64,000 nt of DNA from Candidatus Colwellbacteria bacterium (GCA_016176525.1 JACOWZ010000003.1:537925-601924); one strand, 5' to 3'; positions 17,104-26,978 are shown, counted from the stretch's first letter. Translations and numbers: made by a program. The notes: generated from the letters alone by a model not told the origin.

Positions 17104-18998
17104 ACACTCATAAACTTAATAGTCTCTTTTCGCTCTTTAAGGGCTTTGTCTGCAGAGGCCTCTATCGCGCGCAAAAGTTTTTCGAATATTGCCGGATACT
17201 TAAGGATTTTATTTTTTTTAAGATTGTATCTCGCGGCATAGGTGTGCCTTTTTATTTCTTCGCACACCCCCGGCACTGTCTTTTCCCAGAATAACTTTCG
17301 CAAGTTTTTAGGCTCCGTGGATTTACTTAACCTAAGCAGTCTTGCGCCAACGGCATTTATATATCCCCTCTTTAAATCATCTTCCCAATCATGGGCATCG
17401 TCATTTAACTGGCGGGCAATTATATAGTTTTTAAAAAATCTTATTGTGTTTTGGACCTCGGGCGACTTTTCGCGGTAACCCAAGGCAAATAAAATGCCTA
17501 TCGGCCCCAATGCATGCCCAAACGATTTTTCTGCAAGCTGTAGATAATTGCCGAATTTCGGCAAAGTTATCCGGCTTCTGCAGTTTTTAACCTCCCAGGT
17601 ATTGGCGCTATCTATTGCATCAAATGTAGCGCGAGAAAACTCCATAAACCCGCTCGCTTCCGGCAAGATTGAGTCCAATATTGAAGAAGATTCCCGCAAA
17701 GAAATATTTGCGACACTTAGCGTCTCGGGGTCGCCTTCGCCGTCTAAAAAGTCGTCGTAAATTGTGTAAGCTATCCACCCAAACAGATTGGCCGCGCCGA
17801 ACCGAACTAACATATCGTCTGAAATGCCTTCGGCTGTTTTTCCCAGCGCTACCTTAAATAAATATGGCAAGAGTACGATTTGCCTGTCTTTATCGTTTTT
17901 CAGGGTTTTACGTATAATTTTTTCTGCCTGATTTTGCAAATCCGGGCCAGAGAACGCAAACCTGCGCCTTACTCTACGCACAATTTTGGCATATATTTTA
18001 CTTTCGTTCATTCTACTATTTATCACTGCGCTCTTAACTTTGGTTTCTTTTGGCTCGTTTAAAAATTTATTTATTGCCTCCAAACACAAAGCAGTTGTTG
18101 TAGAAGCCGAGCCTGCATAAAGCGTTTTCTTTTTTGTCTTCATCTGAAAATAAAAAGAAAATGGCCTCCAACCGCCGTTTTTACCCTGGGTTTTAAGAAG
18201 ATAACCAATGCCTTTGGTAAGATTTTCTCTATGTTTAAGCCCCGTTAGATTTATTAACGTTGAGATTGCAAGCGCAGTGCGCAGCGGGTTTTCCCAACCG
18301 CCGCTTGGCTCTTGTTTAGACAAAATAAGCTTTACAATTTGATCGGTCTTTTCCCCTTTATAGAACCTAGAAATAAAATATGCAGCTGGGTAAATTTTGT
18401 TATATGGAAATTCGTAATCCTCTTCGTCAATAGATTTTTTAATAAAAGCGATGACCTTGGGCAAAAATATATCTTGAAGGGAAAGAAAATAGGCAATATT
18501 CGCGTTTACAACCAAATCTGTGTCATTCCAAACGTTTCTTCCCTCTTCGGGGACAAGCCACATATCGTACGGGCCGCCCTCGCTTTTTTCGGCCGAGGTG
18601 AGCATTGTTACAATTTTTGCCATAACATCGCCGCTGAACAAACGCGGGTGATATTCATAAAGCGCGGCAAGCGCGCAAAACGTGTCGTCTAGGTCGTCTG
18701 GATACGGCTCTTTTTTGTACCAATGTGACTTTCTAAACCAATAATTAAATGACCAATATTCACTCTTTTCTTTCAACAGAAAATCAGCAGACTTCTTTTT
18801 AATTTTTTTTGATCTATCTCCACCGATATTGATAAGTGAAGAAAGTACTATGTTTGTCGGCACTATTGCCGGAACAGTTTTAGCGCGCGAATAGTCGTCT
18901 AATTTCTTGGATACCAAACACAAAAAACTGCCGTTCTTTTCTTGGTCTTTGGCTAAAAAGCCTAACCCTTTGCCAATTGCTGATTGAAGATTATTCAT
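17082..18998 (-). CDS. Bifunctional terpenoid enzyme: class II cyclase beta-domain fused to a class I / ComQ-like prenyltransferase domain
   Basis: QW-like motifs QEKNGSF, QEPSGGW, QGKNGGW; DDLDDT (DxDD); C-terminal IYDDFLD and QLNDDAHDWEDD. Confidence 0.8.
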   Translation of the reverse strand: MNNLQSAIGKGLGFLAKDQEKNGSFLCLVSKKLDDYSRAKTVPAIVPTNIVLSSLINIGGDRSKKIKKKSADFLLKEKSEYWSFNYWFRKSHWYKKEPYPDDLDDTFCALAALYEYHPRLFSGDVMAKIVTMLTSAEKSEGGPYDMWLVPEEGRNVWNDTDLVVNANIAYFLSLQDIFLPKVIAFIKKSIDEEDYEFPYNKIYPAAYFISRFYKGEKTDQIVKLILSKQEPSGGWENPLRTALAISTLINLTGLKHRENLTKGIGYLLKTQGKNGGWRPFSFYFQMKTKKKTLYAGSASTTTALCLEAINKFLNEPKETKVKSAVINSRMNESKIYAKIVRRVRRRFAFSGPDLQNQAEKIIRKTLKNDKDRQIVLLPYLFKVALGKTAEGISDDMLVRFGAANLFGWIAYTIYDDFLDGEGDPETLSVANISLRESSSILDSILPEASGFMEFSRATFDAIDSANTWEVKNCRSRITLPKFGNYLQLAEKSFGHALGPIGILFALGYREKSPEVQNTIRFFKNYIIARQLNDDAHDWEDDLKRGYINAVGARLLRLSKSTEPKNLRKLFWEKTVPGVCEEIKRHTYAARYNLKKNKILKYPAIFEKLLRAIEASADKALKERKETIKFMSVYNKSIL

Positions 18999-20361
18999 TT
19001 GAAACCGGGAATTCCACTATAAATGTTGCTCCAGCGTTAACTTTGCTAGAAACACTAATGCTGCCGCCGAAATCTTTCTCAATAATACTTTTAGTCATTG
19101 AAAGGCCTATGCCTATTCCCTCTTCATTTGTTTTGGTGGTAAAAAATGGCTCAAAAATCTTAGTTAAGTTCTCTGCGGGTATTCCCGCGCCATAATCTAC
19201 AACTTTAAGAACGAGTTTTCCGTCTTCTTTGTATAAATACACGGCGATTTCTCTTCTTGCATTACTACCGGAATGTGAATATGAATCAATGGCGTTGGCA
19301 ATTAAATTTAGAACAACTTGGTTTAACCGCACCGCATCCCCAAAAATACTAATTTCGTCTTGTGCCGAAAAATGCACCTTAATCTTTGCTTTTGACGCTT
19401 TATATGAAAGGATGCTGATAATATCTTTAATTTCTTTGTTTACAGAAAAGACTTTCTTATTTGCTTGCCTTGCCAGTTGTTTACGCACCGCAATCACCAA
19501 ATCCTGCAGTTTGCGAGCTGCTCCTGTTGCTCTCTCTACATATTTGTTGTTTGTCGTGTTTTTTAGTTTTTCGGTATTTAACGAAACAGAATTTAGGGGA
19601 TTCATAAGGTCGTGAAATATGCCTGCGCTTAGGCGGCCGAACTCTGCAAATCTGTAAAGTTGGCTTATCTTTTCCACTTGTGCTTCTTTTAACTCTTTGG
19701 TTCTTTCTTCCACCGTTATCTCCAGCGAATCGCGTTCTTGCTTAAGCTCCGCTTCGGATTTTCTTGCCCTTTTTAAAGATTTCTCTATCTCGCGGTTAGA
19801 GAGCCAAGAAACAACGGCGATAATTAATAAAACAACTGCTATAAAAATTGCATTTGCCATATTTAACAATTCCAATCTCCAGTAAGAGTCTGGTGGCAAA
19901 ATTGAGTTAATCTGTAAATAAGCAACAATTACTATAAAAAACGCAGTAAACCCAGCCGTAAAAAAAGCGAACCTAGTATTAACCAAAATTCCAGACATAA
20001 CTATTATTAGAGCGTACACGAGCAAGCCATCGGAAATGTCTACACCGTACTTAATAGCCGTATACGAATTTAAAAGAAAGAAAACTCCAAGGAAAACTGT
20101 AGATGTTAGCGTTGAAAACCCCTTTCGCGACAACGTATACAGGACAACAAAAAAAGAAAAGACAATAAAAACAACTCCGGCTGACATTGCGTTGTACAAA
20201 CCCATAATCCACTTAATCAGATTCATTAAAAAAGCGACAAGTGATAAGCTGATTATGGACAGCAATAAAACATTGAGTATAAACTCACGCCTAGCTTTAT
20301 CCTCGTTTTTTGAAACGGGCAAAACAAGTCTCCTAAAAAGAGTTATAAAACGTTTTACCAT
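18991..20361 (-). CDS. Sensor histidine kinase with polytopic (about 6 TM) membrane sensor
   Basis: H-box FHDLMNP, NLIANAIDS, DYGAGI, FEPFFTTK, GIGIGL; 8-nt overlap with the terpenoid enzyme gene. Confidence 0.93.
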   Translation of the reverse strand: MVKRFITLFRRLVLPVSKNEDKARREFILNVLLLSIISLSLVAFLMNLIKWIMGLYNAMSAGVVFIVFSFFVVLYTLSRKGFSTLTSTVFLGVFFLLNSYTAIKYGVDISDGLLVYALIIVMSGILVNTRFAFFTAGFTAFFIVIVAYLQINSILPPDSYWRLELLNMANAIFIAVVLLIIAVVSWLSNREIEKSLKRARKSEAELKQERDSLEITVEERTKELKEAQVEKISQLYRFAEFGRLSAGIFHDLMNPLNSVSLNTEKLKNTTNNKYVERATGAARKLQDLVIAVRKQLARQANKKVFSVNKEIKDIISILSYKASKAKIKVHFSAQDEISIFGDAVRLNQVVLNLIANAIDSYSHSGSNARREIAVYLYKEDGKLVLKVVDYGAGIPAENLTKIFEPFFTTKTNEEGIGIGLSMTKSIIEKDFGGSISVSSKVNAGATFIVEFPVSNE

Positions 20362-20400
20362 ACATAGACATTATACAATGTCCACAGTAACTGCTCTATT

Positions 20401-20508
20401 TTAAGACCAAGGAGATCCGACACTCACTGTTGTTAGGGCAAACGCGCTTAATGCTGCTGCGTTTCTAACTTTTTTGCTCTCAAGTATCTTCTTAATGAGT
20501 TTTTTCAT
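20401..20508 (-). CDS. Putative ComX-like precursor peptide (35 aa, penultimate Trp; not in ORF track)
   Basis: MKKLIKKILESKKVRNAAALSAFALTTVSVGSPWS*; AAAGGT and an A-rich tract upstream; fills the gap before the kinase. Confidence 0.7.
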   Translation of the reverse strand: MKKLIKKILESKKVRNAAALSAFALTTVSVGSPWS

Positions 20509-20582
20509 TTGTTTATTTATATTTTTTTTCGACCTTTGTAAAAAGCATAATTCGGTTGAAATAAATATTATTTAAAGATTCT

Positions 20583-22604
20583 CTAAAGATTAACAACAGG
20601 TAACGCTATGAAAAACGTTGTCTCGCTCGGCTTAGAGGTAAACCAAACTTTACCGCCCATTAATTTTAAGTACCCCATTGCAATATAAAGCCCCAAGCCC
20701 GCACCGGGAATTTTAGTTGTGTCAAAATTATGTCCTCGGAAAAACTTTGTAAACACAAGTGCTTGCTCCTCTTCTAAAATACCGATGCCGCTGTCTCTAA
20801 TTTGGACAATACATTCCTCATTGTTTTTGTCTGCAGTCACCTCTACACTGCTGCCTTCGCGCCCATATTTTACGGCGTTGTCTAAAATCTCAAATAAAGC
20901 CTGTGATAAAAGCTTTTCGTCGGCTTGTATTTTAATATCTTCTCCTATACTAGTTGTAATATCCGGAAGCTCTCCACTGAATTCCTTGTTAATTTTGGCA
21001 ATTACGCCCTTAGTAAGCTCTCCTAAATTTATGGTTTTTTTCTCAACAATTATGCGGCTTTGGTCAATTCTAGTAATAGAGAGCAGCTGATCGGACATTT
21101 TTTGAACACTGCGCGCCGAAAAAATCGCTGTTTTAATTAAATCATTGCGCTTTTTATCATCTTTTGTTTCAAGTGCCAGCTCTAAACTCCACATTCCTTT
21201 ACTAACAGGAGTTCTAAACTGATGCGCGGCATAAGTAAAATCTGACCGCAGCTGCATAGTCTCGCGCTCTTTTGAAACATCGCGAAACACCACAATTACA
21301 CCCTGAACTTTTCCATTTACATCAAAAATAGGCGAGGCGCTGTCGCCTACGGGAATTTCGCTTTTATCTTTTTTAATAAGGATTGTTTTATTAGACATCT
21401 GGGCCGGTTTTCCGCTGAAGAATACATCATTAATAAAACCCACAGCTTCAGAGCGATCTTTCTCGCGCACAAATCTAATATATTCGCGAAACGACTTGCC
21501 TATAAGCTCTTCTTCTTTCCAACCAGTTAAAGTTTCTGCCGCTTTATTTAAAAATATTATGTCCCAATTGCGGTTCATTGCCACTACTCCGTCACCAATG
21601 CTACGCAGTAATTGTCTTTCTCTTTCTCTGGAGATATAAGTTCTTGAAAAAGCTTCTATTACGAGATAAGTAAATCCGGCTATAAAAAACCAAAGCGCCG
21701 CAAGCACAAACACCTCGCCGCGCAACTGCCTGTTGGATTCATTAAAAAATATCTGTGAATTTTCTTCAACCGCTGCCACCCAACCATAGTTTTTTACCGG
21801 CGCCGTTGCAATAACATTTTCTATACCAGATTTATCGCGATACAAACCAACTGCACCTTTTCCGCTAAGGGTCTGGCTTATATAATCTAGCTCTGACAAA
21901 TTAACAATGTCACCCTGACTGGGAATCTTTGGGTGCGCGGCCACTTGGCCCTCACGGTCTGTAAAAATTAAGTATCCGGAGCCAGTAATCTGTACTGTTT
22001 TTGCCCATTCAAAAATAGTATCTAAATTTATTTGCAAAACCAAAACTCCAATATTCTCTCCGCCGCTGGATTTAATTAAAGAGGACACTGCAACGACATT
22101 ATGCCTGGGTTCGGCTGTTCTTTTGTATATGCGCGAAATATATGGTCCGTCGGTTTTTGTTGTTCCCACAAACCAGTCGCGAAACGAAAAATCCATTCCC
22201 CGAACTCCCGGAAGAGCTGGAGTGTCGGCAGTAAGCATACCTGCCATATCCGTTAAGAAAACCCGTTCAATAAATGGGAAATCCCGCGGAACATTTTGCA
22301 TAATTTCAACCGCCTCTTGCCACTTTTTTTCACTCACTAGTTTGCTAAACTGCACACGCGTTGAAAGCGATTTTGTAATATCAACTAGCCGGTTAAACCG
22401 TTCTTCTAGATTTGAGGCTGCAAGTTGCGCAACTGTTTCGCGTCTCTCAAGAGTAATTTCTGTGTATTTGCTTCGGTTTTCAAAGTGATAAAACGCCATC
22501 ACCGCTGCAGCAGTTATTAGAATAACTGCAAAAATACCAAGTTTTGCAAGCCATATTTTCTTCCGATGAAATAAAAATTTAACAAAACGCTCAAAGTAAT
22601 CCAC
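20583..22604 (-). CDS. Cache-PAS sensor histidine kinase
   Basis: Two TMs around a dCache-like domain (DFSFRDWF, GPYIS), PAS (SIGDGV...NKAAE), H-box AHQFRTP, DNAVKY, GAGLGL. Confidence 0.92.
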   Translation of the reverse strand: MDYFERFVKFLFHRKKIWLAKLGIFAVILITAAAVMAFYHFENRSKYTEITLERRETVAQLAASNLEERFNRLVDITKSLSTRVQFSKLVSEKKWQEAVEIMQNVPRDFPFIERVFLTDMAGMLTADTPALPGVRGMDFSFRDWFVGTTKTDGPYISRIYKRTAEPRHNVVAVSSLIKSSGGENIGVLVLQINLDTIFEWAKTVQITGSGYLIFTDREGQVAAHPKIPSQGDIVNLSELDYISQTLSGKGAVGLYRDKSGIENVIATAPVKNYGWVAAVEENSQIFFNESNRQLRGEVFVLAALWFFIAGFTYLVIEAFSRTYISRERERQLLRSIGDGVVAMNRNWDIIFLNKAAETLTGWKEEELIGKSFREYIRFVREKDRSEAVGFINDVFFSGKPAQMSNKTILIKKDKSEIPVGDSASPIFDVNGKVQGVIVVFRDVSKERETMQLRSDFTYAAHQFRTPVSKGMWSLELALETKDDKKRNDLIKTAIFSARSVQKMSDQLLSITRIDQSRIIVEKKTINLGELTKGVIAKINKEFSGELPDITTSIGEDIKIQADEKLLSQALFEILDNAVKYGREGSSVEVTADKNNEECIVQIRDSGIGILEEEQALVFTKFFRGHNFDTTKIPGAGLGLYIAMGYLKLMGGKVWFTSKPSETTFFIALPVVNL

Positions 22605-22658
22605 AGTATAGATTTATAAAAATCTATATAAAGTAATTATAAAGAAACTGGGGATAGG

Positions 22659-24506
22659 CTATTCTACAGTCACAGACTTAGCCAAGTTTCTCGGACGGTC
22701 AACATCACGCCCACGGAGGACGCCAGAATGGTAGGCAAAAAGCTGCAAAGGCACAATTGTAAGGAGTGGTGTTAGCATCTCTAAAGTCTTTGGAATATAA
22801 ATAACATCTTCTGTAATGTACTTAATATCCTCATCGCCTTCTGTGGCAATTGCAATTATCGGGCCGCTGCGGGCTTTTATTTCTTGCAAGTTTGAAAAAT
22901 TCTTTTCGTACACGCTGTCTTTTGGGATTATTGCAACCGTGGGGAAGTTTTCGTCTATCATTGCAATGGGGCCGTGCTTCATCTCTGCAGAGCTATACCC
23001 TTCTGCGTGCGCGTAAGAGACTTCTTTCATTTTAAGCGCGCCTTCGTATGCTATTGGGTAGTTGTATTTGCGCCCGATGTACAAAAAGTTGTTAAAATCT
23101 TTATATTTTTGCGCAATTTCCTTTACTTTATCGGATTGTTTTAAAACTTGGCGCATTAGTTGCGGAATATTTTTTAACTCTTCTGCAATGCGTTTGCCCA
23201 TTGTCATAGACATTTGTCTTTGCCTGCCCAAAAGCATTGCGTATAGCACAAGGGCTGTAAGCTGGGCGGTAAAAGCTTTGTAAGATGCAACAGAAATCTC
23301 CGGGCCAGCGTGCGTGTAAACCCCAGCGTGGGTTTCGCGCGCTATTGAAGACCCTACAACATTTACAATGCCAAGTGTAAGAGCGCCTTTTTCTTTAGAC
23401 TCTCGTAGAGCCGCTATTGTGTCTGCTGTTTCTCCGGATTGCGAAATAAATATAACTGCTGTTTCGGGGTCAAGAATCGGCTTTCTATACCTAAACTCAG
23501 ATGCAAGCTCAACCTCAACAGGCACGCCGCCGTATTCCTCAAACATATATTCCCCCACCTCTGCGGCAAAGCCAGCCGTACCACAGGCGGTTATAACAAA
23601 TCTTTTTATTCCGCGGAGTTTCTCTCGCACAGTCTCCAAGCCACCGAGTTTTGCCATGCCTTCTTCGGGTATTAGCCTGCCGCGGAGCACGTTTTCTATA
23701 ACATCCGGCTGTTCAAATATCTCTTTCGCCGAAAAGTGCGCGTGCCCGCCTCTTTGTGCCTCTTCTATATCCCAGTCAATTTGTGCAATATCTTTTTTAA
23801 GCGAATTGTGCTTAAAATCAACAAACTCGTAGCCTTTTGGAGAAATAATCGCCATATCGCCATCGTTCATATAAATAATCTGCCGCGTGTGCCTGGCAAT
23901 CGGCGTGGGGTCGGAGGCTACAATATATTCATCGTCGTTGCCGTTTATTCCCAAAACCAACGGACTAAAGTTGCGTACGGCAAATAATTTTTCTGGCTCG
24001 CTTTTTACCATAATTAAAAGCGCAAATGCGCCCTGTAATTTATTGATAGAATTTAATATGGAGCGCTTTGCGGAATAGAGAGGATTATTTTTTATTTCTT
24101 CTTCTATAAGGTGAGAGATAACCTCTGTATCTGTTTCGGAATAAAACTTGTGGCCCGCTTTTTGCAGCTCTTCTTTTAAGGTTTTGTAATTTTCTACAAT
24201 GCCGTTGTGCACCAGAAAAATATTGCCTGTGCAGTCGGAGTGCGGATGTGCATTTAAGTCGTTTGGCGCGCCGTGAGTTGCCCACCGCGTGTGGCCTATT
24301 GCTGCATATCCGGGTTTGTCTTCTATACCTTGCAGAGCAGAAACTAAATTATTTAATCTGCCTGCGCGTTTTACGGTTTTTATAGATGGATTGCTCCAAA
24401 ATGCAACACCTGCCGAGTCGTAGCCGCGGTATTCCAACGCCCTTAACCCATCAACAAGTATATTTATTGGTTTCTTTTTGCCTGTGTATCCTACAATTCC
24501 ACACAT
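22659..24506 (-). CDS. glmS: Glutamine--fructose-6-phosphate transaminase
   Basis: MCGIVG, EYRGYDSAG, GHTRWATHG, SQSGETAD, PRNLAKSVTVE. Confidence 0.98.
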   Translation of the reverse strand: MCGIVGYTGKKKPINILVDGLRALEYRGYDSAGVAFWSNPSIKTVKRAGRLNNLVSALQGIEDKPGYAAIGHTRWATHGAPNDLNAHPHSDCTGNIFLVHNGIVENYKTLKEELQKAGHKFYSETDTEVISHLIEEEIKNNPLYSAKRSILNSINKLQGAFALLIMVKSEPEKLFAVRNFSPLVLGINGNDDEYIVASDPTPIARHTRQIIYMNDGDMAIISPKGYEFVDFKHNSLKKDIAQIDWDIEEAQRGGHAHFSAKEIFEQPDVIENVLRGRLIPEEGMAKLGGLETVREKLRGIKRFVITACGTAGFAAEVGEYMFEEYGGVPVEVELASEFRYRKPILDPETAVIFISQSGETADTIAALRESKEKGALTLGIVNVVGSSIARETHAGVYTHAGPEISVASYKAFTAQLTALVLYAMLLGRQRQMSMTMGKRIAEELKNIPQLMRQVLKQSDKVKEIAQKYKDFNNFLYIGRKYNYPIAYEGALKMKEVSYAHAEGYSSAEMKHGPIAMIDENFPTVAIIPKDSVYEKNFSNLQEIKARSGPIIAIATEGDEDIKYITEDVIYIPKTLEMLTPLLTIVPLQLFAYHSGVLRGRDVDRPRNLAKSVTVE

Positions 24507-24507
24507 G

Positions 24508-25068
24508 TTAGACTCTTTCTACATACTCACCCGTTTCGATGTTTACCCGCAAAATATCGCCCTCGTTAATAAATAGCGGAGTTTGAATTTTGGCGCCGCC
24601 TTCTATTGTTACTAATTTTGTGCCGCCCTGCGCAGTGTTGCCCTTTACCGCCGGCGGAGCTTCTATAACTTTGTATTCTGCTTTAATTGGCAATTGTATA
24701 CCTAGAATTTTATCTTCAAACTTAAGGGCCGTAACTTCCATATTTGGTCTAAGAAATATTTTCTTTTCGCCAATAAACTCGTCTTTAAAAGAAAATCTTT
24801 TAGATGGATTATTAATTTCTGTAAACCAGTTTTCTTCCCTGTGGCTGTAAATATACTTAATAGGGTCTTTTACAAGCTCGGCTTCTTCTAGCTTGTCGCT
24901 TTGGTGGAATGTCTGTTCTTTAATCTTGCCTGTAGAGAGATTCTTTAATTTGGTGCGCGAAACGGGCTTTCTCTGCTGCATTCGCAAAAACTCAAAATCA
25001 AGAATTTCCCACGGCTCGCCGTCTAAGACTATAAACTTGCCGGGTTTTAGTTCGTTGTATGCCAACAT
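24508..25068 (-). CDS. efp: Translation elongation factor P
   Basis: PPAVKGNTA, TPLFINEGD, TGEYVER; tip loop reads MQQRK rather than PGKG. Confidence 0.93.
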   Translation of the reverse strand: MLAYNELKPGKFIVLDGEPWEILDFEFLRMQQRKPVSRTKLKNLSTGKIKEQTFHQSDKLEEAELVKDPIKYIYSHREENWFTEINNPSKRFSFKDEFIGEKKIFLRPNMEVTALKFEDKILGIQLPIKAEYKVIEAPPAVKGNTAQGGTKLVTIEGGAKIQTPLFINEGDILRVNIETGEYVERV

Positions 25069-25134
25069 ATATACTTAAAGCATATAGCACATATGCTATA
25101 TTGCAATATGTGGAAAAAGCCCACAATAAAGAAG

Positions 25135-25437
25135 TTATTGTGTCAAAGTGCTTTTAATTCGCGCCGCTTCGGCCTCTACAACCTCGCCCTCATATTCTCC
25201 ACCGTGGGCGCTTGTGCCTGCATAAATTGGCCGCTTTTGGTCTAAGTGCAGGTTAAATAAAAGAGCTTTCTCTAATTCTTTTACATATAGGTGAAATCTT
25301 GGATACCCTCCCCTCTCTAGGGGGCGTATTAAGCTAACTTCGTTTGGGCCTGCCGCCCGCTGGGGCGTATAGCCGATTTTCCGTGCAATACTTACCACAC
25401 CCTCACGCGGCTTATTAATTTCAAATCTCATATCCAT
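25135..25437 (-). CDS. Conserved hypothetical protein
   Basis: YPRFHLY...NLHLDQKRPIY...HGGEY; divergent from the ATPase. Confidence 0.7.
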   Translation of the reverse strand: MDMRFEINKPREGVVSIARKIGYTPQRAAGPNEVSLIRPLERGGYPRFHLYVKELEKALLFNLHLDQKRPIYAGTSAHGGEYEGEVVEAEAARIKSTLTQ

Positions 25438-25456
25438 AGTATATAATAAATTTGCT

Positions 25457-26977
25457 ATGGCTGATATTAAATTAGGTAAAGAGAAAGACGTAGTCTACTT
25501 TGGCAAAACCAGTTTTCGCAACGAACAGCGCGTTTTTGGCATAAAGCGCAAAGACCGCCGCCAGCATATGTATGTAATAGGCAAAACCGGCACGGGTAAG
25601 TCTGTGCTTTTGCAAAACTTAGCGTTGCAAGATATTGCAAACGGCGACGGGGTTTGTATTGTTGATCCCCACGGAGAATTTGTAGAAACCATTTTAGAAA
25701 AAGTGCCAAACGAGCGCATAAAAGACGTTATATATGTAAACCCCGCAGACTCGGATTTTCACGTTGGGTTTAACCCGCTGGAGCTGCCAGACCCAAAATA
25801 TAAGCATCTGATTGCATCCGGCTTGATGGGAATATTCACTAAAATATGGGCAAACGTCTGGTCTGCCAGAATGGAATATATTTTAAATAACATTATTCTT
25901 GCGCTATTAGACACACCGGGCTCAACCTTGCTTGGCATACCAAGAATTTTAGTTGATAAAACCTATAGGCAAAAAATTGTAGATAATATTAAAGACCCGG
26001 TTGTAAAAGCCTTTTGGGTGCATGAATACGAAAGCTGGCAAGAAAAATTCCGCAGCGAGGCAATAGCGCCGATTCAGAACAAAGTGGGCCAATTTTTATC
26101 CACATCTATAATTCGCAACATTGTAGGCCAGCAAAAAAGCACTTTTGACATATACAACCTTATGAACGCGAGAAAAATACTTTTAGTTAACGTTTCTAAA
26201 GGCAGAATCGGCGAAGACAACTCAAAGTTATTGGGAGCAATGTTTATTACAAAAATACAGCTTTCTGCCATGGAGCGCGTGCGTATACCCGAAGAAGAGC
26301 GCAAAGACTTCTTTTTGTATGTAGACGAGTTCCAAAACTTTGCAACAGACTCTTTTGCAGACATTCTATCAGAGGCCCGCAAATATAGGCTAGATCTTGT
26401 GCTTGCACACCAATACATAGGCCAGCTTGTAACAGATGTTTCCACAAAAGTACGCGATGCCGTATTCGGCAACGTTGGCACAATGGTAATATTCCACGCC
26501 GGGGCAGAAGACGCGGAGTTTTTAGAGAAGGAACTTACACCTGAATTTAGCGCAGATGACCTTGTAAAACTGCCAAACTATACCGTATATGTTAAGTTAA
26601 TGCTAAATGGCGTAACTACCCGGCCTTTCTCAGCACACACACTGCCGCCGATAGAGGTTGAAGAGAAAGAGAAAACCAAAGAAGAAATAATAAAAACCTC
26701 AAGAAAACTTTATTGCAGACCAAATAAACAAATTGAAGCAGAAATTAATGAGTGGAGCGGCATGATTATGGGGCCAGAAGCCGTACGCCGCCAGCTTAAA
26801 CAAACTCCAACACGGTATAGTAGGCCACAAGCAGGTAGAACTAAAAACCCGCATACAATTTCTCTTAGAGAGTTAGTAAAACCAGAAGAAACTCCAAAAC
26901 AACCTAAGCCCGAGAAGGTTGATAAATCTGCACTACGCGAGGTATTAAGCGAGGCCCTTAAGGATAAAGACAAGTAG
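25457..26977 (+). CDS. VirD4/TraD/HerA-like P-loop ATPase
   Basis: HMYVIGKTGTGKS, DPHGE, LYVDEFQN, SEARKYRL, LAHQY. Confidence 0.88.
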   Translation: MADIKLGKEKDVVYFGKTSFRNEQRVFGIKRKDRRQHMYVIGKTGTGKSVLLQNLALQDIANGDGVCIVDPHGEFVETILEKVPNERIKDVIYVNPADSDFHVGFNPLELPDPKYKHLIASGLMGIFTKIWANVWSARMEYILNNIILALLDTPGSTLLGIPRILVDKTYRQKIVDNIKDPVVKAFWVHEYESWQEKFRSEAIAPIQNKVGQFLSTSIIRNIVGQQKSTFDIYNLMNARKILLVNVSKGRIGEDNSKLLGAMFITKIQLSAMERVRIPEEERKDFFLYVDEFQNFATDSFADILSEARKYRLDLVLAHQYIGQLVTDVSTKVRDAVFGNVGTMVIFHAGAEDAEFLEKELTPEFSADDLVKLPNYTVYVKLMLNGVTTRPFSAHTLPPIEVEEKEKTKEEIIKTSRKLYCRPNKQIEAEINEWSGMIMGPEAVRRQLKQTPTRYSRPQAGRTKNPHTISLRELVKPEETPKQPKPEKVDKSALREVLSEALKDKDK

Positions 26978-26978
26978 G

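Noticed and set aside
17082..18998. Squalene-hopene cyclase for hopanoid synthesis
   Set aside because: Only one QW/DxDD barrel is evident, the C-terminal half carries class I Asp-rich motifs, and no hpn genes are nearby.
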